64,000 nt of DNA from the NCBI GenBank assembly GCA_021613535.1, contig CP075496.1, positions 8,370,001 through 8,434,000 on the forward strand. Direction: 5' to 3'. The notes under the pieces were generated by a model that had not been told where the DNA came from, did not search any database, and was given only the letters and a program-made list of their open reading frames with translations. Both the position numbers and the translations under genes were made by a program. Source of the stretch: Adineta vaga. Taxonomy: Eukaryota > Animalia > Rotifera. The stretch's first letter is position 1, and every line of letters starts with the position of its first letter. Below, in pieces: positions 39,569 through 51,947 of the stretch.

Positions 39569-40149
39569 GAAGTTCGATGTTTCAACGAAAGATAAACGTT
39601 TTATATCTTTTCTGACAAAAATAAAATATCTATAATAGAAACGAAACTTTTTAAACTATAGGCAGACAGAGTAAATACATCACTTTGATATGTTTTATTT
39701 GCTTTTCGAGGTATGTTCGACGTAGAAGAGCAACATAAAAGAAAAGAGAAAGACATGATGAAATACATAGGAAACTGCATTTTTTCCCAGTGAAGAATAT
39801 AGACGATTAACCAAACAATATACATATCAATGATAAGATTGACGTTAAATTTTCATGAAAAACCGTATCAATCAATATGCTTTTGTCAGTATTCTTTGAA
39901 AATTGTCAAGTAAAATCGAACATTCATTCGAACTGGAATGACATGTTACTGGATTTGATATATTCAATGTACTACGGTAATAACAAGGAACTTTATCAAC
40001 ATGCAACCTCTGTATCATTGCCTTTACAGAGTAGATCTGTCTGGGAAGTTCTTTTTTAACTTCGGATAGATGCAATCAAAATTAATTTTAATTATCTTTC
40101 GTCAATAGCAAAGACAACATATAAGTCTATTTATTTGATTATTTTCAAA

Positions 40150-40550
40150 TTAACAAACTCGAGCTGAATAAGATGGATGGAAAGTAGTACCACCAATATT
40201 ATAACAAAGTGATCGTGGACCATTTGATTCTTGTGTAAAGATATCACCCCATTTATTAACGAGACGTTGATTTTCACAACGAACTTTCATCCATGCAACA
40301 CCATCTGGGAATTCCATTTCACGTGTTTTACCAGCATAGATATTTCCACTAGCTAATGTTAATGGACCTAAACTATCTTTGATTTCAATAAAACATCGAG
40401 CAACATATGCACCATTTGATGTTATACTGATTTTGATACCATGTGATCCAATAACTATAAAAAAAATATTCGTCTTCTTTTCCTATCAATTTAAATTTGA
40501 ATTACAATAAACTTACCGAGAAGAGCAAGAAGAGCTACTAATTTCAACAT
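40150..40550 (-). CDS. 112-aa secreted protein: stand-alone cholesterol-dependent cytolysin domain-4-like fold (absent from ORF track)
   Basis: Exon 1 40550-40517, 62-bp GTAAGT..ATAG intron, exon 2 40454-40150. MLKLVALLALLVIGSHG-IKISITSNGAYVARCFIE...KVRCENQRLVNKWGDIF...LCYNIGGTTFHPSYSARVC. GAYVA and GTTxxP motifs are at the expected ends. Confidence 0.75.
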
Positions 40551-41532
40551 TTTCTTTGTCGGAATCTTTTGGTCTGATCAAATTGTTTTCTTAAAGTTTT
40601 TTAGCAATATATAACCAACGGATGCCGGCAAACATCACGCCATTCTCATTTCATCATCTGTTATATTTCTCATTTCTATATACATTCTCATACTCTCTCT
40701 CCCACTGATATGTTTTGACGAAATCAATAAGATAAGAAAAAAAACAATTGAGTATCACTAAACTTATCGATCATTGATTGAATATCTCTATAGAATAAAA
40801 TGAAAATAGATTTATCCCGTTCTAGAACATGTCATTGGAATAGACTAAAATTGGAGTAAATGTATCCATCAGAGCATCCATATTGCGAAGCAAATGCACT
40901 GGTCATGGTAAAGAAGATGGAGATAATAATGTAGAAACAGTCAATAGCGTTAGTTTTAAAGAGAGTTTTATAGGTGCAAGTAATTATATATAAAGTGATG
41001 AAGACATTTCTAGATACGATAGAGCAGTTTATGGAAAATAAGTGTATATAGTTTACATATTTATAAACAAAAAACAACAAGTATGGTTGAGCAAAGATCA
41101 GGCACTGGTGGAACAGAGACTGTATGGGTAAACGTGCACAATCTTTGTATACAATGTTCATTTATCTCCGAAAATATCCGTGAACGAAAATGACGTCAAC
41201 AGATGGCGTCAGGTTTGCGCTAAAACAATTGTTAAAAGTTCGACAAACAGAAGAACGATTTAAATTCGTATCATGATTCTTTCAAATATATACTTAACAG
41301 TTTATCAAATGAAAACAAGTGGATATACATATACGCTTGTAACTTCTAAAGAGAACAAGAAAGACTAACCATATTTTTCTTTTGCGTTCGTTATCTTGAA
41401 ACGAATAAACAGTAACACATCGATTTAACTATTCGTATATACAAACAGAGAAAAAAACGAATCGTGCTAAGACTATATATGAGAGATAATCATCTCAAAT
41501 ACTCGAACAATTAAAGTATATTATTGAAACCA

Positions 41533-44188
41533 ATGTCCACGTTAAATGCACCACGTTTTTCGATCTCACCATATTTTGCTGCATATGATCCAGCGAAACC
41601 TGCACCAGTAATTACAAAAACTGTTGAACGAATCTTATCTGATGCAGGCACGTTTTTATCTAACAAGAAATCAATAACAAACATATAGATATATATATAT
41701 ATATCATTGACTATCATTTAGGTTCATTTGGTATTTATCAAATATCTGTTTTCCTTGTTCTTGGTCTTCTTGCTGTTGTACCATCTATGGTCTCCATTTC
41801 CTATGATCTTAATGTTGGTACACCTGATCATCGTTGTCGTCTATCAAAAAATGACACATATGAGGATATACATGAAAATCATGAACGACTTCTCAAATAT
41901 TTACCATCAAAAACAATAGATTATGGTAAAAAATGTACGATGTTTATAAATAATTCTTCATTAATTAGAAAATCTTGCAATGATGGTTGGGTATTTGACA
42001 TGAAAAAATATGGTACAACACTTTCTACAGAATTAGAACTTGTTTGTGATCGATTTCATTTACGAGCGTTAACACAAAATGTTTATTCAGCCGGTACAGC
42101 TGGATCAATCTTTACCGGTCTTCTATCTGATCGATGGGGTCGTCGAAAAACTATTTATTTACTTGTTATCCTTTTAATTTTTGCATTAAATACAATGCAG
42201 CTATCGTTGTATTCTCACACACATAAACTTCTTATTTTTACAATTTGTCGATTTTTTCAAGGATTTGGCACAACATTTCATTCTGTGTCACTTGTTCTTC
42301 TTTTGGAATTAACTGGACCAAAACGACGTGTTTTAGCTGCTAATACACTAGCGTATTCATTTGCATTAGGTCAAATTATCTTAGCTATTACTTCTAAACA
42401 ATTAAAAGATTATAAATTAACATATTGGGCATTAAATTTATATGTTTTACCATTTATATTTATTTATATTCTTATACCTGAATCACCACGATGGCTCATT
42501 CGACAAGGACGTGTAAGAGAAGCAAGAAAAGTTCTAGAAAGAATACTATTTATCAATCGTCGGCCAATTCATGATCGATTAAAACTATTTTATTCAGATT
42601 TACCAGCCGATGTTGTTGCTGCAAGAGAAGCTGAACGAAAAATTCCAACTTATTTAAATGTCTTAAAACGACTTTGTCGCTCGAAATTAATGAGAAAACG
42701 ATGTTTACTTCTTATCGGTGTTTGGGCTGTAGCTCTTTCCGTTTATATAGGTATGTAGACTATCTCAAAGAATATAAAGCATCATTTGTTTTTGGATTAT
42801 AAAACTTGTTCATATAGAATTAAGTAAAATACATTCAGATAATTTTCTTTTCAAAATCCGTCCTTAGTCGAATAAATCATCATAAACAACTCTATCCTTC
42901 ACGGTTATTAATGATCAAAGAACCTTGGTCACACCATAACCTTAATTGATAAAATAGCATCATTTACAAACTTTCGTCTTCGGTTTTTTTTCTCGTAAAA
43001 ACGATTTTTTGTACATCCGTTAACGATTAAATTAATCTTTTTTTACCGGTATTTGTATGCAATACTTTTCGTCAAGGTATTTTTGTTTATTTATCACGTC
43101 TCGAAAAATATGTCTTGTCATTTCATAAGACATAACCAATCCAAGTTTGAGTGATATAATCTTAACCACATTAATGCGTTTTTTTTGTTCTTATCAAAAA
43201 ATAGCTGTCAATCATTGAAAGTGCACTCAAAATAAATGTATATGTTTCTGAAACCACAAAATACTATCAAAAGAGTTCGATCTTGAAAATACAACTTGAT
43301 TGTTAATGCTTCCGAGCGAATTAAATTTTCTGGAAATGAAATATTCATATAATTGAATGTTTTTCTTTGTCAAGGTATCAGTGGTGCATTACCGGCACTA
43401 ATGAATCGACCTCATGAATTAGTTATAGCCGGTGCTTTTAGTGAAATGATTGGCCTCGGTGTTTGTCATGCACTTGCATCACATGTTGAACGACGTCGTC
43501 TTCTTATTGTATGTTTTATTACTACAGCATTAGCTTCAGCTCTTGTGCCAGTTACTCGTGATACTCAACCTAGCGGTAATCATTTATTCTTTTTTTGTTA
43601 TTTTATCCAGTTTATATAACCAATCTTTTTATTTCGTTAGTCAGTATTTCATTTGCTCTTTTGGCAAAATTAACAGCATCGTCAAGTCAATTATTAATTG
43701 TTGTCTATACAACTGAAACGTATCCGACAGCTCTTCGTTCTACTGGTGTTGGCCTATCAGCATGTATAGCACGTCTTGTAGCAATGATTGGTCCACAACT
43801 ATCGGCTACTCAATATTCACTATGGTTTCCATTGCCATATGTTGTCTATTCAATTGCATCATGTCTAGCAGCTTTAGCTGCCTCGTTACCCCATATACAT
43901 TCACCATGTAAATTACCTGAAACAGTTCATGAGGTAGAAAAACAGCATGTACAAGTAACATTTGCTGGTTCTTTGTCACCACAAAAAATCAAACGACGAA
44001 GACCTTCATCAGCGTTAATTAAAGAATTAGGTGCATCAAAACCCAATCCATCACCATCAGATATATTTTTTATTCCAACATCTTCTGCTCTACGACGACA
44101 TTCAACTGTTGTTAGTCTAGCTCATCAAACAAATCGAACTTCTCGTCTTCCAACAATTACTGATATCAATGAAGATGAAGTTTGTTGA
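41533..44188 (+). CDS. SLC22/organic cation transporter family (MFS)
   Basis: GSFGIYQ, PDHRC, CNDGWVF, TELELVCDR, LSDRWGRRK, PESPRWL, ETYPTALRSTGVG. Exons ~41533-41647, 41722-42750, 43375-43576, 43641-44188. Confidence 0.9.
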
Positions 44189-45522
44189 TTGATTTATGTT
44201 GTTTTCTAAGAATAATAATCATATGCTTATATATCTTTGTTTAGGATGAAAATAGATCAAATGAGCAACAATTAACAGTTACAGTATCACGTATAAGTTC
44301 ATTACCAAATCAATTATTTTCACTTCGAAAAAATAGTAGGAGTAGTACTTGTATTGTTCCAATTCATCAAATGTAAATTTCCGTTGAATTTATTAAATAA
44401 TTTAGTCCTTTTATCTACAGATAAAAATTACAATATTTTCCTTTGATTTACTATTAGAAATTCAGAAAATTAATAACTTATCGATATAATTTTCTTTCTT
44501 ATTAAATCGTTTGATCCAATCAAAGAAAGAAAAACGAAACTTAGTTATGATATTTATTTTATAAAGACGTCTATAGAGAAACGCATACAGTTTCATATAT
44601 GTCATTTATTAAAACCAAGGACAAAACGAAAAAATCCGTCAAGGAAAATTGAATCGATTTGCTGCTTTTTTTACTTGTTAATGTTCATCATCAATATCAT
44701 TTTATGTTAATTGATCGAGACAAAGAAAATTATACACAATCAGTTCATTTTTACATATTTATACATTGATAGTTTTATATCTCATAATTCGAAGAAAAAT
44801 ATTCAAAAAGAAACATTATCACTGCCTATAATCAAAAATATTTCAAATAGATCAATATTTTCATTTATCAACGTATATAACCGACAATAGTCTTGTTTTT
44901 CTCTTGATATTATCTACCAAGAAAAATCATTGATAGTTTTCTTTTCAATATGAAAATTCTCGATTGAATGAATGTGAAGATGATGCAATCATCTTTAAGG
45001 ACAGACAGTAGTTATCCATATTTCTTTACTCTCTAACCGACGGTATATGAAATGATAATGATGAAAATCATTTTTTAATTTATACATATATATGTTGTTT
45101 ATCTATTTATCATATCAGTGGTTTTTTTACATGTATATATATATATCAAAAGTCAAAAAACAAAATAGTCAGTGACAAACGACCTTGAGTCAATAAATGT
45201 TTGTTTATATCATCAAAGAACGAATGAAGGAACGAAAAAAGAAAACTGCGGAGAGAAGCATCGATGCATGACATAAATACAAATGCATGTAACGGCAGCT
45301 CTCTGTTTTTTTTGCTTCACTAGTGGATATATATGTTTATGTGAAATACGAAGGTGAAGTTTTTTGAGTGATATATCACCATTCTAATATTTTATTCGGC
45401 ATATATTACAAAAATCTATTCAGTCAATTCATACCTGTATATGTGTTTACGACGGCTATTCACATAGGAAAAAGCAAAGCAATAGAAAGGGCAAACTACA
45501 TATTCGATAACAAAACTAAAAA

Positions 45523-48500
45523 ATGGCCACAACAACGAATATAAGTGCTGAAAATACCGATATCAGTGGCGATAATAAAAATGTAAATGAGGGTAATATT
45601 AATGATTTAGCATATGTGGGAAAAAAAGACACATCATCATCGGAACAATCAGTTACCATCAACGATCCAGTAAAAGTAACGATTACAGTTGTACAAGCCA
45701 ATAGTGATGATAAGACACAAGCACAATCATCATCAACAGCTACAAGTAATAGTAATGATTTGGCAAATCTAGGAAAAGCTGATGGATCATCATCGTCTCA
45801 ATCGATTACTATCAATGATCCTGTGAAAGTAACTATTACAGTAACACAAGCTGCTTCTGGAGATAAAAAATCAGAACAAACGAAAGCATCAACAGTGCCA
45901 TCAGTAGCTGAAGTAACAACAACACAAACGACAACAACAACAACTGTAGAAGAAGTATCTGATCCAATAACAATATCAAAAAAATCAGATAAACCTGCTA
46001 GTGAAGAAACAACATCAACACCAGCACCAATTGTCACAGAACCTGCTACAGACGCGGAGAAAAAGAATGAAACAACAACAACAAGTAGTGTATCAATTGA
46101 AGAAGTCAAAGAATCGACACCTGCCGATGAAAATAAAAAAACAGAGGAAAAAACAACAACATCAGCTGACACTTCGGTTGACGAGAAAAAAGAACCTGAA
46201 GCAATGCTAGCTACCCCGGCTCCACCTGCTGAAGAGATCAATAAAGAAGAAACAAAGACTGAAACCACCACAGAAGAAAAGAAAGACGAAGCACCTGCAC
46301 AGCTTCTCCGGCTCCACCTGCTGAAGAGATCAAAAAAGAAGAAACAAAGACTGAAACCACCACAGAAGAGAAGAAAGACGAAGCACCTGTACTAGCTTCT
46401 CCGGCTCCACCTGCTGAAGAGACCAAGAAAGAAGAAACAAAGACTGAAACCACCACAGAAGAAAAGAAAGACGAAGCACCTCTACTAGCTTCTGCGGCAC
46501 CTCCTGCTGAAGAGATCAAAAAAGAAGAAACAAAGACTGAAACTACTACTGAAGAAAAGAAAGACGAAGCACCTGTACTAGCTTCTCCGGCACCGCCTGC
46601 TGAAGAGATCAAGAAAGAAGAAACAAAGACTGAAACTACTACTGAAGAGAAGAAAGACGAAGCACCTGTACTAGCTTCTCCGGCACCTCCTGCTGAAGAG
46701 ATCAAAAAAGAAGAAACAAAGACTGAAACTACTACTGAAGAGAAGAAAGACGAAGCACCTGTACTAGCTTCTCCGGCTCCACCTGCTGAAGAGATCAAGA
46801 AAGAAGAAACAAAGACTGAAACCACCACAGAAGAGAAGAAAGACGAAGCACCTGTACTAGCTTCTCCGGCTCCACCTGCTGAAGAGATCAAGAAAGAAGA
46901 AACAAAGACTGAAACCACCACAGAAGAGAAGAAAGACGAAGCACCTGTACTAGCTTCTCCGGCTTCACCTGCTGAAGAGATCAAGAAAGAAGAAACAAAG
47001 ACTGAAACCACCACAGAAGAGAAGAAAGACGAAGCACCTGTACTAGCTTCTCCGGCTCCACCTGCTGAAGAGATCAAGAAAGAAGAAACAAAGACTGAAA
47101 CTACCACAGAAGAGAAGAAAGAATCACCATCTGACGCTTCAAACAAAACTGGAGAGGCCACGGCCGCAAGTTCTTCTCCCGAACAGAAGAAAGAAGAAGT
47201 ATCTCAAGCAACTTCTTCTGCGCCAGCCACTCAGGAAGCTCAAAAAACAGAAGAAACAACAAGTGTTACTTCTACCGAAACCAAAACAGAATCCGAACCT
47301 GCATTAGCTTCTTCCGCACCCGATACAAAAGAATCTAAACCATCGGGAGAATCTACAGCTACTACTGACGATTCTAAGAAGGAAGAAACCCCACAGTTAC
47401 AAGCTGCTCCAGCTTCTGAGAAAAAGGAAAGCGATCAGAAGGATGTTGACTTTCCAATAGTGAAAGACAGTTCGAAAAATCTCACTGACTTTCAACGTAA
47501 AAAAGCTGAATACTTTTTCAATATTAATTTAGGTATGTTATTGTATATTTGCAACGAAGTGATTACTAATTACTGAAAATATTTTCTCAATTTGTTTTAG
47601 ATATTGAAAATAAAAAACACGTAACATGGGATGAAGTTGAATTTTATTTATTGGTAAGAGAATAATTAAAAACAATTTCATAAATATTTCTATTGGTTGG
47701 ATTGTTCTATTAGTTTCATGTCACAGCGTCGGGAAAAGAGGGTGCTGATGGTGGTGAATTAGAAAAACGATTAAGTCGAGCTGCACGTGCTCTTTGGGAA
47801 CATATTCACGATCAAGTACCATCATCTGATGGAAATCGTGATAAAGTAACATCAGAACAATTTCTTGATACATGGGCTAGCCTCATTGATTACATTATTA
47901 AACATGGTAAAATACCACCTTTAGTTCAAGATTTAGTCGATCTTGGTTTCGAGTTATACTCAGAAAAAGATGGTGATGATAAATCACCATCAATTCCTGC
48001 ATCATCATTTGAACGATTATTTCAAAAGATGAATCTTGGTCCTCCTTATGCTTCAATGGCACATAAATTTCTCACAGAAGTATGATATATTAATTTTCTT
48101 GTTTCATATTTATATTTGTCTTCTTTTTCAATTTAGAACGGTACAAAACCATTAGATGCCGACAAAGTTAATTCTATTGTTCGAGCAGTGATTACATCGT
48201 CTGATGATGGACATAATTCACACTTTCTCTTACCTGGCTTCTTCAAAACGATTACAAATAAACCTCAAGAGAAAGACACGAAAGAACAAACACCATCGGC
48301 AGATAAAGGTATTTTGATTTTATGTGTTATATATCCGAAAGAGATATAGGACATTTTTATGATAGTTGTTTTTTGACTTGTTAGTATATAAGAGAGAGAG
48401 AGAGAAAGATTCTAATGAAGAAATAAGAAAAATAATTACCAAATGCAATTAATTCTTGTATTTTTTATGTTGATTTTATATTTCTAATAACTTCTACTAT

Positions 48501-50329
48501 TGATAATTTTCATATAGATGCAAGCGGTAAAGAAACACCAAAACCTGCTCAACCAGAACAAGCTGGCGATGCAAAACAACAAGATAAATCATCACCACAA
48601 CCTGATGCGTCTAGTGGACAACATGAACAACAAAAATCAGACAAACCACAGACACCAAGTGGACCACCTCAAACTCCAACTGGTTCCCAACAATCAGGTA
48701 AACCACCATCTTCAGGTGGACCATCACGACCACCTCCATCACCACCTGGCTCACAACAACCAGGAAAACCATCATCTCCAGGTGGACCATCACGACCACC
48801 TCCATCACCACCTGGCACACAACAACCAGGTAGACCATCACAACCGATTATTCCATCGGGTTATCAACAACAACAACAACAACAACAACAACCACAACCA
48901 GGCGCACAATTATCCTCACACAACAGAAAGCATTTATTCAACAACAAGATGATAATATCCGTCGTCTTCTAAGCTATTATCGTCTGGACGATCGTGATGT
49001 TGTCGAAGTAGATGATGGCCCATTACATCGTTTCCTTCTTGTTCATCCCGAACGACCTTTACCACCTTATGTTCAACAAAATAAACAATTACTACAACAA
49101 TTACAAAGTTTGATGAAATAATATTATTTAAACTATAAAAAATATCTACCTCTTATGTTATAGATCCAACCATTCTCTCGCCACCTCCTCTTTCATCTGC
49201 ACAACAGAATAGACCATCAACTGAACAGAACAGACCACCAGCTGAACAAAGCAGAACATCTGCAACAACAACAACAACGACAGCTTCACAGGATACTGGT
49301 CGAGAAACACCTTCAGATGATGGCAAACCAAAGGTTACATTAGAGGAACGTTTAGCTAATGGTGAAGCTCAAAAGGGTCCAACAATACCAATACGTAATT
49401 TGCAACAATCAGCCAATGAACCACCAACAGCTATACGTCAAGTATATCCACCATTAACTGAAGCACAACTTCAAGAACAACGACGACGAGAACAAATTGT
49501 AGCAAATCCACCAGCTACAGCATATCAAGCATCTACAGTAACACCTTCATCAACTCAAGATAATCAAAAACAACCTGAAGAACAGAAAGATAAACAAGAA
49601 GATCAAAAGAAACAAGAAGATCAAAAGAAACAAGAAGATCAAAAGAAACAAGAAGATCAAAAGAAACCAGAAGATCAGACAAAGTCAGAAGATCAAAAGA
49701 AATCAGAAGAAACAACATCAACTGTTGTAACATCTTCTTCACAAGATGAAAAACAAGAAAACAAAGAAATAACTAAGGAAGATGAAGAAAAAATTGTAGA
49801 AAGTGTTTTAAAACAAATGACACCTATTGTTGAACAACTCGTTGCAGCTGAAGTACGACGTACATTATTACGTGGTCAAGGTGTTCAAGATGATGAAAAT
49901 GATTTCATTCCATTCCCATTCATGTTTGGCGGTGGACCTATGCCACCACCAGTAAGTAAACATTTATTCATATGAAATAGTTAAGACACTTTTCTTATCT
50001 TTGAACAATCTGTATAGGGAGCTAACTTTGCTGGCGGTCCAGGAGCTGCTGCATTCATTCCTCCCGAATTACTCATGTCAATGATGAGTGATTTCGCACG
50101 AGGAGGAGCTGGCGGAGACATGCCAGATTTCTCATCTAATCCACCTCCACGCGGTCCAGGTGGTGCACCAGTAGGTATAGGAGGTTTGTTTCTTGAATTG
50201 TTTACATCCTAATATATATATATATATATATTATTCTTATTCTTAGGCTTTATGATGTTCGCCGATGACACTCAAACGATGAGTGGGCAATCAAATAATC
50301 TACCACCACATTCCGGATCTCGTCAATAA
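45523..50329 (+). CDS. Large disordered protein with acidic tandem repeats and a sarcoplasmic-calcium-binding-protein/calexcitin-like EF-hand domain
   Basis: Long first exon (45523-47532, frameshift ~46300), then LTDFQRKKAEYFFNINLDIENKKHVTWDE, VTSEQFLDTW, DLGFELY, AHKFLTENG..LD (SCP-like). Pro/Gln-rich exons follow (second frameshift ~48920), ending ..HSGSRQ*. Confidence 0.7.
46198..47121 (+). repeat. Coding tandem repeat, 93-bp unit (31 aa APVLASPAPPAEEIKKEETKTETTTEEKKDE), about 10 copies
   Basis: Unit gcacctgtactagcttctccggctccacctgctgaagagatc...aaagacgaa recurs every 93 bp; one unit near 46300 is a base short. Confidence 0.95.
49590..49702 (+). repeat. Coding 18-bp tandem repeat (QEDQKK) about 6 copies
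   Basis: aacaagaagatcaaaaga repeated, degenerating to PEDQTK and SEDQKK. Confidence 0.85.
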
Positions 50330-51548
50330 CTTATTTTTTTATTAGCATTTCATGTCATCTCTTTTCATTTTTTAAAAATTTTTCATTATAAATAAATACG
50401 TCTAGCGTTTTCCTAACCAGGCAAGACTGAAACGCTGCCGTGAGTTGTTATATATATATATATACAGCAGTACATTGTCATTTTTCAGAATTAAGTCTAT
50501 TGATTTTTAATTTTCTATTGCATGCAATGTGTCAGTTGCACAGCTACTTGTCATTGTATTTTTACAAGTGTATTTGTTTGATGGCAAGGATTTATGAAGA
50601 TACATAGAGGCGAACAAATATTCTTTGTTCAGTGACATTGAAGATCAGTGAGCTAATTCAGATGTATTACCTTGTCAAAACACATTTGCCTATTATCAAA
50701 AAAAGAAATTATTATGGCGATAATTCAAGGTATTATCACTCAATATGTTATCAAACAAATTTGTTATTATGACAATGGCAAGACTTGTTTATACAAATAT
50801 ATAACTTATCCTTATATATGAAGAAATGTTTCGACAAATAAACTTTTATCAACATATCCAATGATCTAAGTTGTACTATTATTGAAATCTAAAGACAGTC
50901 CTTGATTTTCGTCTACTATGATGAGATCTACAATTTGAACAAAGTTTTCATTTGTCATAATAATAGTCAGCGATGATTTTTCCTAAATACTACTAGTAGT
51001 ATTAATTTCTATTAAAATGAAGCAACAATACTGAATTTTCGATAATAATTCATCAAGCGCACATGTAGTTAAAAAGTCAATTGCTATAAAAATGTGTTAA
51101 TTACTGTCAATAGTTCGCTTTGGTCTGACTTTTATTTATATATTTGATACTTTAGCACTAACATTATGAATGCACCTATTGGTAACGATTCATTCCTTAT
51201 CAATCATATTCATCACTGCATCGATCAGTTCTTGTTTTGATTGCATTGAAACCTGTTACTATCGAAATTAAATGCCTATTTGAAGTATTGATGAATAAAA
51301 AATGATAGGAAATGGTCTCGTCAAACTTTGAGTACTGAATCGAAGTAAAATCAAGATCGGCAATCTTGCTTAAAGTTTTTCATTCGTTCTTGTTTTCATG
51401 TATTTTATAACGAAACAAAAGGACTATTTTCTATTACTATCGTTCTTCTTTCAATTGTCTTTTACTGTTATTCAATTAGGATAACAATGATCAAGAGAAA
51501 AGAAAATTCATTTTTCATACTAAATAGTCAACATAATCCAGTCATTCA

Positions 51549-51947
51549 TTATGATGATTCAATAGATTCGAGTATTTTAATTGGTGCATTTGGATTAACT
51601 GAAGCAATATGATCATTATGCACATCAAATCTCCACTCAGTTACTGGACATGTTACACCATCAAATGGTTGTTCCAATGAAAATGACTGTTCTTCTGTTT
51701 GAATATCTAATCGAGTAAGAATTTTACGACAAGTAAATGTAGCTTCAGGTGTTGGTTGATAATCTCGTTCGGGTATATAAGCTCGACCACCAGAATCAAG
51801 TTTTACCGAAATTGTTTCTTCATATTGATGATTTGAACCTGCTGAATAATGTATTGTGCATAATACTTGCTTATCTGTTTTATTCAATATAACTCCAGCA
51901 TAAACATGTTGTGGTGCTACACATGAAACGGATGAAGTAAAAGACAT
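51549..51947 (-). CDS. Hypothetical 132-aa beta-rich protein, intronless
   Basis: Clean ORF with normal codon usage, an aaacaATG context and a TATA-like run upstream (~52040). No signal peptide; no family recognised. Confidence 0.7.
   Translation of the reverse strand: MSFTSSVSCVAPQHVYAGVILNKTDKQVLCTIHYSAGSNHQYEETISVKLDSGGRAYIPERDYQPTPEATFTCRKILTRLDIQTEEQSFSLEQPFDGVTCPVTEWRFDVHNDHIASVNPNAPIKILESIESS

Noticed and set aside
40832-41161. 109-aa ORF / purine-skewed segment, possible solo LTR
   Set aside because: Protein composition looks non-coding, and there is no second copy or clear TG..CA with TSD in the window.
46198-47121. Regular repeat array resembling a CRISPR or satellite
   Set aside because: Units are contiguous 93-bp in-frame coding repeats with no unique spacers, in a eukaryotic gene.
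45798-47161. Long minus-strand ORFs (157 and 307 aa, Ser/Val/Phe-rich)
   Set aside because: Antisense shadows of the plus-strand Glu/Lys/Thr repeat exon.
19275-48921. Programmed ribosomal frameshifting at the broken genes
   Set aside because: No shared slippery heptamer or downstream structure; one site is a homopolymer and one is a single defective repeat unit.
48518-48952. His/Asn/Gln-rich 144-aa ORF suggesting a metal-binding protein
   Set aside because: Wrong frame. The splice phase gives the Pro/Gln/Ser-rich frame (DASGKETPKP...), and the 'ATG' is just the exon start after catatag.
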